Source: Eubacteriales bacterium (GTDB taxonomy: Bacteria; Bacillota; Clostridia; Saccharofermentanales; DTU023). From it: 64,000 nt of DNA. Positions 36,143-44,524 of the stretch are shown piece after piece. The translations under genes were made by a program, and so were the position numbers. The notes beneath the pieces were generated by a model. That model saw only the letters and a list, made by a program, of their open reading frames with translations. It searched no databases and had not been told where the DNA came from. The stretch covers positions 5,750-69,749 of the forward strand of contig JAUNVR010000002.1 of the NCBI GenBank assembly GCA_030537595.1, given 5' to 3'. Within the stretch, counting starts at the first letter, position 1; each line of letters begins with the position of its first letter.

Positions 36143-36838
36143 ATGTTGGTAGAACTAAAGCAGGTGACAAAGACATTTCAGCGCGGAGGGCAGGAAATAA
36201 AGGCTGTGAATGCAGTCGATTTAAACCTCGAAGCAGGTGATTTTGCACATATTATTGGCCGCTCTGGAAGTGGTAAAACTAGCCTTTTGAATCTGATTGC
36301 AGGCCTGATGAAGGTGGATTCTGGGACGATTAGAATTAAGGGTCAGGAAATTCAGAACTTGGACAGCGAAAAGCTCGCCCGTTTCCGCAACGAGGAAATT
36401 GGTTATATTCCTCAGCATGCTGTTTTGATGGAGAGCTTGAATGCGCTGGAGAATGTGCTCTTACCATGGTACCTCTATAAGCGGGAGGGTGATGCGAAGG
36501 GGCGCGCGCTTTATCTCTTCGATAAATTGGATATTCGCAGTCTGACAGAGGCCTATCCTAATCAATTATCGGGTGGGGAGCTGCGCCGGATTCAAATCGC
36601 CCGAGCCTTGATGAACGATCCCAAGCTACTCTTGGCTGATGAGCCGAGCAGCGACTTGGATATTGCCACTACGGCCGATCTAATGAACTTATTACAAGAT
36701 CTGAATCGAGATGGATTAAGCCTAATTGTCGTAACTCATGAGTTGGAGACCTTGGCTTATGGCAAATCGGTCTATACGATGACTGAAGGGGTGCTCGAAT
36801 CTGGTTGTCAGCTGGAACTTAATCGCCCGAAGCTTTAA
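36143..36838 (+). CDS. ABC transporter ATP-binding protein (second copy)
   Basis: Walker A GRSGSGKTS, signature LSGGELRR, Walker B LLADEPSSDLD, H-loop VTHE. Confidence 0.9.
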   Translation: MLVELKQVTKTFQRGGQEIKAVNAVDLNLEAGDFAHIIGRSGSGKTSLLNLIAGLMKVDSGTIRIKGQEIQNLDSEKLARFRNEEIGYIPQHAVLMESLNALENVLLPWYLYKREGDAKGRALYLFDKLDIRSLTEAYPNQLSGGELRRIQIARALMNDPKLLLADEPSSDLDIATTADLMNLLQDLNRDGLSLIVVTHELETLAYGKSVYTMTEGVLESGCQLELNRPKL

Positions 36839-36863
36839 GGCTAGATAATTCTGGGAGTTTTCA

Positions 36864-38393
36864 GTGCGCAAAATAGCAGTTATTTTTATCTCATTACTCA
36901 CAATCTTAGCCCTAGGCCTGACAGCTTGTGGCCCGAAGCTCAGCCCTGAAGAGCAGGAGCTAGCGCTCGATTCGGCTGGAGAAAAACCTAGCTCGAAGCG
37001 GACGCGCTTAGAGCTAGCCATACCGCCGGATCTAGATTCAGATTATCGCCCAGCACTGAGCTCGAGAATTGAGCAGAGAGTAATCACTGCTCAGCTCTAT
37101 GAGGGTTTATGTGGCTACAACACACAGGGCAAAGTTAGATTGCAAGCAGCAGCAAAGATCCTGCCCAATGCAGACTATACCCAGTGGGTGATCCACTTGC
37201 GAGATGATCTGAAGTGGAGTGATGGGACTTCGCTCACGGCAGAAGATTTCAAGAACTCATGGGTAAAACGTTTAAAGCCTGAAAGTAAAGCAGAACTCGC
37301 TTTTCTCGGCTTTAAAATTAAGGCTGCTGAAGACTATTATAATGGCCTAGTTGAGGCTGAAGAGCTAGGTATCACGGTCAAAGATAATAGTCTAATTATT
37401 GATTTAATTGAAGCGGATGAGAATTTCCCCGAGTGGTTGACCCGCGATTTCTTTTTGCCGGAAAAGGAGCTAGCTGGGCAGAAGCTATACAATGGACCAT
37501 ATTGTTTGAAATCTGAAACAGAGGAGGAGCTTATCCTCGAGCATAATCCCCAGTATTGGGATGATATTAACACTCATATTAAGGAGATTCGCTTCCGGAA
37601 AATGGATGACCCAGTAGCCGCTTACGAGGCTTTCGTCCGTGGTGACATAGACTATTTCGGCCTCCCATTTTATCAGGTTCCTCATGCCAGAAGGGAAGCT
37701 TGTAGCCGGCAGCCCGAATTTATTTCGGCCGAGATTGGGGAGATTTCTTATCTCGACTTATCTGCAGAAGAGGCACTCTTCTCAACTTTTGAATTACGTA
37801 AAGCCCTCTATCAGGCCTTAGATGTACCCTTTATACTCAGAGTAATCCGCTGCGATAAGTCAGAGGCCTTATTCGAGCAAGCAGCCCCGGATTCAAAATT
37901 ACGGAAGGAACTACAAGCAGATTTCCCAGAGCTAATGGCAGCTGTGGGTTTGGAGGAAAAACCGCGTGAACCTTTGATCGGGATGAGCGAGGGCTCCTAT
38001 CTAGAGTATCGAGAATTAATTGCTTGTGGTAAGCAGTGGTTAGATTTATATCAATTACGCCTCTTAATTAATGAGGAAAGTAAATTCCCGCAGGAAGAAA
38101 AAGCCTCATTCATCTACCGTAAATGTCTCTACGGTAGCAATAATCAAAATGACTTAATCTATTATCTTAAAAATCAAGATAAAACTCGCTTGACTGCTTC
38201 GAGAATTTTTACAGTGCGCGAAGAATTTGCTTCAAGCGCTGACTTCCCCAGTGCATTTGAAGCCTTAGCAGATAGCTTAATTGTGCTGCCCTTAGCAAAA
38301 TTAAATTGGCAAATTTTAATTCAAGCCCATCTTGAGGGCTTCTATTTGCCACCTAATGCTTTAGTCAGATTGCAGGATTTAAACCTGCGTTAA
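36864..38393 (+). CDS. Family-5 (Opp/Dpp/Nik-type) solute-binding lipoprotein
   Basis: 509 aa with a GTG start and lipobox GLTAC. SBP_bac_5 hallmarks are LYEGLCGYNTQGKV and WVIHLRDDLKWSDGTSLTAEDFKNSW. Confidence 0.85.
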   Translation: MRKIAVIFISLLTILALGLTACGPKLSPEEQELALDSAGEKPSSKRTRLELAIPPDLDSDYRPALSSRIEQRVITAQLYEGLCGYNTQGKVRLQAAAKILPNADYTQWVIHLRDDLKWSDGTSLTAEDFKNSWVKRLKPESKAELAFLGFKIKAAEDYYNGLVEAEELGITVKDNSLIIDLIEADENFPEWLTRDFFLPEKELAGQKLYNGPYCLKSETEEELILEHNPQYWDDINTHIKEIRFRKMDDPVAAYEAFVRGDIDYFGLPFYQVPHARREACSRQPEFISAEIGEISYLDLSAEEALFSTFELRKALYQALDVPFILRVIRCDKSEALFEQAAPDSKLRKELQADFPELMAAVGLEEKPREPLIGMSEGSYLEYRELIACGKQWLDLYQLRLLINEESKFPQEEKASFIYRKCLYGSNNQNDLIYYLKNQDKTRLTASRIFTVREEFASSADFPSAFEALADSLIVLPLAKLNWQILIQAHLEGFYLPPNALVRLQDLNLR

Positions 38394-38455
38394 AAAGGCG
38401 AAGCCCAGGCTATCTTCTAAAGATAATAGCTATTACAGATTAGAGGGAATTCAAG

Positions 38456-38776
38456 CTAGCCTAGTCTGACCGCAGTTCCAGAAGCAGTGACCATTAACAT
38501 GCTGCCAGCTTGACCTAGAACTTCAATATCCAATTTGACTCCAACGACTGCATCACAGCCCAAGTTACGAGCGCGCTGGGCCAGCTCTTCTAGGGCTTCT
38601 TCACGAGCCTGAATTAGTTCTTCTTCATAACCTGCTGAACGCCCACCAAAGATATCTCTGAAGCTCGCACCAATATCTTTAAGAATGTTTATGCCAGTGA
38701 TGACCTCGCCAAAGACTACGCCGCGGTATTCAAGAATCTGCCGACCTTCAATATTTGGGGTTGTGGTAATAATCAT
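38456..38776 (-). CDS. YbjQ/UPF0145 family protein
   Basis: 106 aa. Motifs [24 protein letters not shown] and DAVVGVKLD. Confidence 0.9.
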   Translation of the reverse strand: MIITTTPNIEGRQILEYRGVVFGEVITGINILKDIGASFRDIFGGRSAGYEEELIQAREEALEELAQRARNLGCDAVVGVKLDIEVLGQAGSMLMVTASGTAVRLG

Positions 38777-38928
38777 ATATAGCCTCCATGGATAGAAAAG
38801 AATTGCAAAGTAAATTATAGCTCAGGAATCTTTTGCTGGGAACTATTATTTTTTAAGAAAATCTAGAAATCACTTTTTAAAATGGCATATAATAAAGCAA
38901 AAGTTAAAGTGAAATATGGAGTGTAATT

Positions 38929-39696
38929 ATGAAGATAGATAATCAAGCGAAAATTAAAGCTATGCGAGAGTTTCTACGCGATACGATCCGTCTCAATACT
39001 GATTTTAAACTGACGGATAGAGCCCAGGGAATAGCCCAGCCAGCCATAGAAAAAGCAGTTCTAGAAGCTCAGGAATTAATTAGCCTGCCTGATCCCTCTA
39101 AGACAGAGCTTGCTCCGCTTGACCTACGCGCACTATTAGAAAGGCGCCGGAGTGTGAGAAGCTATGCAGAAGAAGCCTTGAGTTTAACTGAGCTTTCTTG
39201 GCTTTTATATGCCACTCAGGGTGTGAGCAAGCAGACCACGCAGCATAATGTGTTTAGGACTGTACCCTCTGCAGGTAATCGGCACCCCTTTGAAACTTAT
39301 GTCGCTGTGCAGAGAGTCACTGGTTTAAGCCAGGGAATCTACCGTTACTTGCCTTTAGAACATGCCTTGGTCTTTGAATCAGAACTTAAAGATTATGAGA
39401 GTGAGTTAACGGCTGCCGCCCTCGGTCAGCGCTTTGCCGGAAAAGCTGCCGTCAACTTTATTTGGACAGCAATACCTTACCGGACGGAGTGGAGTTATGG
39501 TCCAGTTTCAGTCAAGGTAATCGCGATGGATTTAGGTCATATTTGCCAAAATCTCTATCTCGCAGTAGAAAGTATAGCTTGTGGGACTTGTGAAATCGGA
39601 GCCTACCACCAAGAACTGGCTGACCGCCTTTTAAAAGTTGACGGCCAGGACGAGTTCGTAGTGGCAATGGCTCCGCTGGGCAAACTTAAACAATAG
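38929..39696 (+). CDS. SagB/ThcOx-type nitroreductase-fold dehydrogenase
   Basis: 255 aa. Motifs RRSVRSY and PSAGNRHPFETYV, plus a C-terminal nitroreductase-fold segment. Confidence 0.8.
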   Translation: MKIDNQAKIKAMREFLRDTIRLNTDFKLTDRAQGIAQPAIEKAVLEAQELISLPDPSKTELAPLDLRALLERRRSVRSYAEEALSLTELSWLLYATQGVSKQTTQHNVFRTVPSAGNRHPFETYVAVQRVTGLSQGIYRYLPLEHALVFESELKDYESELTAAALGQRFAGKAAVNFIWTAIPYRTEWSYGPVSVKVIAMDLGHICQNLYLAVESIACGTCEIGAYHQELADRLLKVDGQDEFVVAMAPLGKLKQ

Positions 39697-40300
39697 CCTT
39701 ATATACGACTTCTAGCATCTGATCTAGGCCGCGACTGATATTTTCAAGTGACATTGAAGCTTTAGCGGCTTTATCGATGACCTGCTCAGGCAGGTAAGGT
39801 ACGTGAATGAAGCCAGCAAGGCAGCTCGGATTAGTCTGAGCGCAGTGATGGAGGATGGTGTACATTAAGGCGTTGCAGACAAAGGTTCCGGCCGAATTTG
39901 ATAAAGCGGCCGGAATTCCTGCAGCCTTTGCAGCTGCTATCATTTCTTTTAAGGGTAGAGTCGAGAAGTAGGCAGCCGGGGCATCAGAAATGACTGGTTC
40001 ATCGACTGGCCGATAGCCTGCGTTATCACAGATTCCTGCATCGGAAATATTGATAGCCACTCGCTCAGGGCTGATTGCAAAACGGCCCCCAGCCTGACCG
40101 ATAGCCAAAATTGCAGCGTAGCGCTCCCTTGATAAATGCTCTTCGATCAAGCTTTTACTCTGCTTAAATTCAGTCGGAATTGGCAGGTGCACTAGTTTGT
40201 CTTTGTACTTCGATTCGGCGAGAATTTTTAAGACGGCCTCGCGCGCGGGGTTGATTGTCTCCTGATTAAAGGGGTCAAATGAAGTTAATAGTATTTTCAT
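39686..40300 (-). CDS. pcp: Pyroglutamyl-peptidase I
   Basis: 204 aa. Motifs ILLTSFDPF, catalytic Cys context AGTFVCNALMY, and FIHVP. It overlaps the convergent SagB-like gene by 11 nt. Confidence 0.9.
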   Translation of the reverse strand: MKILLTSFDPFNQETINPAREAVLKILAESKYKDKLVHLPIPTEFKQSKSLIEEHLSRERYAAILAIGQAGGRFAISPERVAINISDAGICDNAGYRPVDEPVISDAPAAYFSTLPLKEMIAAAKAAGIPAALSNSAGTFVCNALMYTILHHCAQTNPSCLAGFIHVPYLPEQVIDKAAKASMSLENISRGLDQMLEVVYKAIV

Positions 40301-40302
40301 AG

Positions 40303-40638
40303 TTATGAGAAGAGGACAATTAAGAGCATCTTGAAAGGCTCTTTGGCGTAAACGGAATGGGGCTGATTGGCCGGCATGACAATTGCTTCTCCAGCTTTTA
40401 GGCTGAATTCCTCGCCGGAAATTACGATTTTAGCCTCGCCGTCGAGAGCATAGACTAGGGCATCACCATCAGATGAGTGAGTGCTAATTTCCTCGTCTTG
40501 ATCAAAGGCAAAGAGAGTTAGGCTATGTTGATCATTCTGAGCTAGAGTTTTACTTACGATTTGTCCATCCAGGTAGCTTAGTTCTGAAGCTAAGGGCAAG
40601 ACCTTACTATGTTCAAGATTTTTAATGAAATTTTTCAT
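40303..40638 (-). CDS. Cupin-domain protein
   Basis: 111 aa with a cupin_2-like beta-barrel pattern (HSSDGDALVYALDGEA...GEAIVMPANQPHSV). Confidence 0.7.
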   Translation of the reverse strand: MKNFIKNLEHSKVLPLASELSYLDGQIVSKTLAQNDQHSLTLFAFDQDEEISTHSSDGDALVYALDGEAKIVISGEEFSLKAGEAIVMPANQPHSVYAKEPFKMLLIVLFS

Positions 40639-40766
40639 AAAATCTACTCCTATCTTGTAATTTGCATTATCATAGGTCTACACAAAGTTGAGGTAGATAA
40701 TGCAGTTACAGTATAGCCTAAAATCACTGCTGATTTAATTGCTTAGCTCAGGATAGGGGGATTAGT

Positions 40767-41543
40767 TTGGATCTAAAAGTTCATCAACAATTAATTGACA
40801 CTATAGCTTCTAGGATGAAGTGCTTAGATGCCGAGTTCGAAGCTTCTTTAGCTTTTGTTTTTTATGATATGGGGAATCCCGAAAATGATACACATCTGAG
40901 GGGCTTTACAATTAACCCAGGTTTTTCTGAAAAGTCATTGCCTGACTTTGACCGGATTCTTCAGCGCCTCGAAGATGATCCGCGCAAAGCCTGGGCTGCC
41001 AGGGTTCACCCGGAGGCGCTTCAGGCAGCTGAGCGCTTCCTTGGGGAACGGGGCTTTAAACTTACTGAGCCGGAGGGCTACCCGGTCATGCACCGGACTG
41101 AGCCGATTCTTCGGGACTTAAAGCATCAGATTAAGCTATTAACTAGGGCAAATCTTGGCAGCTTTGATTTTCAATCTGCGACAGCACTCTTGGCCAAAGT
41201 CTTTAAGCTGACAATTGAGACTGCGGAAAAGATTCTTTGGGCTGCTTTAAATTCTCCTGATGAAGTAAATCAGCTAGCAGTAATCAAGGCGGATGAAGTT
41301 ATTTCCCTCGGTCTTTTGACCCAGCAGAAAGATCAGGAAAGCGCCGGACTCTACTACATTTCAACGGCAGTTGAACGAAGAGGTGAGGGACTGGCAAAAG
41401 ATCTTGTCAGCTACTTAAGTAATCTGGCCTTCGAGCAGGGGGCCAAAGAGGTGATTTTGCAAGCCTCAAGCTTAGGCGAGATTGTCTATAGACAGTTAGC
41501 TTATGAAGAAGTAGGCAGGTATTACCATTTCGATAATAAGTAG
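40767..41543 (+). CDS. GNAT-family N-acetyltransferase (C-terminal domain)
   Basis: 258 aa with a TTG start. Motif A-like segment: VERRGEGLAKDLVSYLSNLAFEQGAKEVILQAS...YRQLAYEEVG. Confidence 0.7.
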   Translation: MDLKVHQQLIDTIASRMKCLDAEFEASLAFVFYDMGNPENDTHLRGFTINPGFSEKSLPDFDRILQRLEDDPRKAWAARVHPEALQAAERFLGERGFKLTEPEGYPVMHRTEPILRDLKHQIKLLTRANLGSFDFQSATALLAKVFKLTIETAEKILWAALNSPDEVNQLAVIKADEVISLGLLTQQKDQESAGLYYISTAVERRGEGLAKDLVSYLSNLAFEQGAKEVILQASSLGEIVYRQLAYEEVGRYYHFDNK

Positions 41544-43714
41544 TCTAATAGGTTGTAGTGGCTAAAGATGCTGACAGCAATCAGACTAGATACGGACATG
41601 ATTTTAATCAAAATGTCGAGTGATGGGCCGACTGTATCTTTCAGAGGATCACCGACTGTATCGCCGATAATCGCAGCATTGTGAGCCTCAGAGCCACGCT
41701 CGGAGCCGGCGAGACCGCCGATTTCAATGTATTTTTTAGCGTTATCCCAGGCGCCTCCGGCATTGCCTGTATACAAGGCGAGCATAATGGCTGAAAGGGT
41801 GGCGCCAATTAGCACGCCTCCGACAAATTTTGGGCCGAAGATAAAGCCGGTGCAAACGGGAAAGAGAACTGAGATCAGAGCTGGTTTACGCATCTCTCGC
41901 AAGGCTCCATCAGAAGAGATTTCAATGCAGCGCTTGTAATCGGGTTGAGTCTGACCTTCTAAGACTCCGCTGATCTCTTTAAATTGCCGCCTTACTTCAT
42001 TGACCATGGTTCTTGCTGTTTTGCTAACTGCATCGATTAAGAAGCCGCTAAAGAGGAAGGGCAGAGCAGCACCAATCATCGCCCCGACTAGGCTGATAGG
42101 TTGAACTAGGTTTAAGCTAATTACTTCGGCCGCTGGGGTTGCTGCATAAAGGTATGAGACCATCATCGAGAGGGCGGCGAGCGCAGCTGAGCCAATCGCG
42201 AATCCTTTCCCGATTGCGGCCGTGGTGTTGCCCACTGCATCAAGCGTGTCTGTGATGATCCGAACTTCTGCATCGAGGGAGCTCATCTCGCTGATGCCGC
42301 CAGCGTTGTCAGCGATGGGACCATAGGTATCGACTGAAACTGTTGCGGTGACAAAGGAGAGCATGCCCATGGCAGCAATTGCGACCCCGTAAATTCCGGC
42401 GACAGAGTAGGAGCCGTAGATCGCGCTGGCTAAGACAATGACAGGAGCCATTGTTGAACGCATGCCCACGGACATGCCGGAGGTAATAGTTAGAGCAGTG
42501 CCTTCAAGGGTGGACTCAGCAACAGACAAAGTCGGTTTATAGCTATAACTAGTATAGTATTCAGCCAAAAGACCAATTGCGATGCCAGCCATAACTCCAA
42601 AACAGGCTGCCAGCCAGGGTGAGATAAAACCAAGCCTGAACTGCGCAGACTTGAGGTCTAGATCAGGCCTGGACTTAAAGAGCCAGGCAGTCAGGCCGAG
42701 GCCGAAAATAAGACTTAGGCTGGCAGAAATCCAGGTCGATAAATTGAGTTCGCGATGGGCTTTTGTGGATAATTTTGGCTTGACCAGAAGTGACATCGTG
42801 CCAAGCACACAGGCCAGGAGGCCAAGGGCAGCAAAAACTACTGGATAGATAATCATGCGGCGCAAGAGCTCGGCAGAGATTGGGCTCGCATGGCTGCGAT
42901 AAAGTTCACAGGCGAGAATTGCAGAGGCGAGAATTGCCCCGACATAACTTTCTAGTAAGTCAGCACCTAAACCCGCTACGTCGCCGACATTATCTCCGAC
43001 ATTGTCAGCAATTGTCGCTGGGTTCCGCGGGTCGTCTTCGGCAATCTTGGCCTCGGTCTTACCGACTAAGTCTGCACCCATGTCTGCCGCCTTTGTATAA
43101 ATACCTCCGCCAACCCGGTTGAACATGGCAATTAGGGAGCAGCCTAAGGCGTAACCAGAGAGTGTAACTGTAAAAGGAATAGGGAAGCCTAAAAAGTTTA
43201 AGCGCTCACGCCCCTCCATAACAGCTGCAATTTGACCGTCAAATAGGCCAAAGCAAAGATAGACAAGAAGAATCCCCAAGAGGGCAAAAGCACCGACCGA
43301 TAAGCCCATGACGCTGCCACCGCGGTAGGCCACCTTTAAAGTTTCAGCTAAGCTTTTGCTAGTCCTGGCGACATTTGAAACCCGGACATTACAGTAGGTT
43401 GCAATTTTAAGACCGACCCAAGCCGCAGTCCCACTCATCACAGCGCCTAGAATAAATGAGATAGCCATTTGCCAGGAGATAAAGACAGTAAGAATTGAGG
43501 CGACGATTAGCATAATCAGCGAAAGCGAACGATACTCATTGCGGATAAAGGTATTAGCACCTTGGCGGATGGCCAGGGCAATCTCCTGCATTCTTTGACT
43601 ACCCTCATCTAGTTTTTTGACTGAGTAGAAATTATAGAGGGCATAGCCGAGAGCAATACTTACTGAAATGCTGATTAGAATAATAAATACAAGGCTTGAC
43701 ATATCTTGCTCCAA
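41522..43714 (-). CDS. hppA: Membrane-integral pyrophosphate-energized cation pump, K+-dependent subtype
   Basis: 730 aa with about 16 TM helices. Motifs DNVGDNVGDVAGLGADL and GDTVGDPLKDT. GNTTAAIGKG carries Ala rather than Lys, the residue associated with K+ dependence. Its 3' end overlaps the convergent GNAT gene by 22 nt. Confidence 0.92.
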   Translation of the reverse strand: MEQDMSSLVFIILISISVSIALGYALYNFYSVKKLDEGSQRMQEIALAIRQGANTFIRNEYRSLSLIMLIVASILTVFISWQMAISFILGAVMSGTAAWVGLKIATYCNVRVSNVARTSKSLAETLKVAYRGGSVMGLSVGAFALLGILLVYLCFGLFDGQIAAVMEGRERLNFLGFPIPFTVTLSGYALGCSLIAMFNRVGGGIYTKAADMGADLVGKTEAKIAEDDPRNPATIADNVGDNVGDVAGLGADLLESYVGAILASAILACELYRSHASPISAELLRRMIIYPVVFAALGLLACVLGTMSLLVKPKLSTKAHRELNLSTWISASLSLIFGLGLTAWLFKSRPDLDLKSAQFRLGFISPWLAACFGVMAGIAIGLLAEYYTSYSYKPTLSVAESTLEGTALTITSGMSVGMRSTMAPVIVLASAIYGSYSVAGIYGVAIAAMGMLSFVTATVSVDTYGPIADNAGGISEMSSLDAEVRIITDTLDAVGNTTAAIGKGFAIGSAALAALSMMVSYLYAATPAAEVISLNLVQPISLVGAMIGAALPFLFSGFLIDAVSKTARTMVNEVRRQFKEISGVLEGQTQPDYKRCIEISSDGALREMRKPALISVLFPVCTGFIFGPKFVGGVLIGATLSAIMLALYTGNAGGAWDNAKKYIEIGGLAGSERGSEAHNAAIIGDTVGDPLKDTVGPSLDILIKIMSVSSLIAVSIFSHYNLLDYLLSKW

Positions 43715-43854
43715 TCGAATCTGTGGCTATAAATAATAGTCTTTAGTATTAATTTTACAACATTTGAGAAAGTCTACAAGTTTACCTTTGCCTTCTCCGG
43801 CTTTATACTAAGAGCCGAAAAAGCTAGCTAGCTAGTTTAGAAAGAGGAGAGAAG

Positions 43855-44397
43855 ATGAGTTCCAGGCTAGTTGAAGGTGTGGAGGCGAGCCTTTTTGAAA
43901 TTCTAGAGCGACGTGAGTACTTGGCCAGCCTGATAGAAGCTGCCTTAAACGAGCAGCCTGAGCGCTGCATCCTAGTTTTTAAACTAAATATCCCCGGGGC
44001 GGTAAAAAACAACAAGTTGATTAAAGAATTAGCTGAGCTCGCTGAGCAGGTAATTCGCGAAAGATTTGCTCAATCCGGAATCTGTTTAGAAGAGCTTTTT
44101 CTGGACAATAATTTAAAGACGGGGCCGGAGTATTTACTGAGCTTAAAAGGGGAGCCCTTCCACTTAAAAAGCATAGCTCTTGCAATTGAGGAGGAGCACC
44201 CCTTGGGGCGGCTCTTTGACCTCGATATCATTAGTCTTAATGGCCAGATTTCTCGGCAGGATTTAACTTACCCAGGCAGGCGCTGCTTTTGCTGTGAGCA
44301 GGATGCCAAGATCTGTGGCCGCTCTAGGGCTCATTCGCTCTCGGACTTACTGCTGGCAGTAGAAAATATATTGCGTAAGGCAGGCTTAGATTGCTAA
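43855..44397 (+). CDS. citX: Apo-citrate lyase phosphoribosyl-dephospho-CoA transferase (holo-ACP synthase CitX)
   Basis: 180 aa that closely parallels E. coli CitX. EEEHPLGRLFDLDI matches HPLGRLWDIDV, and PGRRCFCCEQDAKICGRSRAHSLSDLL matches [27 protein letters not shown]. Confidence 0.85.
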   Translation: MSSRLVEGVEASLFEILERREYLASLIEAALNEQPERCILVFKLNIPGAVKNNKLIKELAELAEQVIRERFAQSGICLEELFLDNNLKTGPEYLLSLKGEPFHLKSIALAIEEEHPLGRLFDLDIISLNGQISRQDLTYPGRRCFCCEQDAKICGRSRAHSLSDLLLAVENILRKAGLDC

Positions 44398-44524
44398 TTT
44401 TTCTAGCTTGAGAAGGGCTTTTTGTCAAGGCCTAAATTAACCTGGAACTACTATCTGTTTTTAGGCAAATGTGTTAAACTTATCTGAGCTGTAATGGCTA
44501 TTTGTTACTAAGGAGGAGTTTAGC

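Noticed and set aside
41522-41543. The 22-nt convergent overlap of the hppA and GNAT gene 3' ends, and the 11-nt overlap of pcp with the SagB-like gene (39686-39696), as possible antisense regulation.
   Set aside because: Short convergent 3' overlaps are common in compact genomes. No associated structure or additional signal is visible, so no functional claim is justified.
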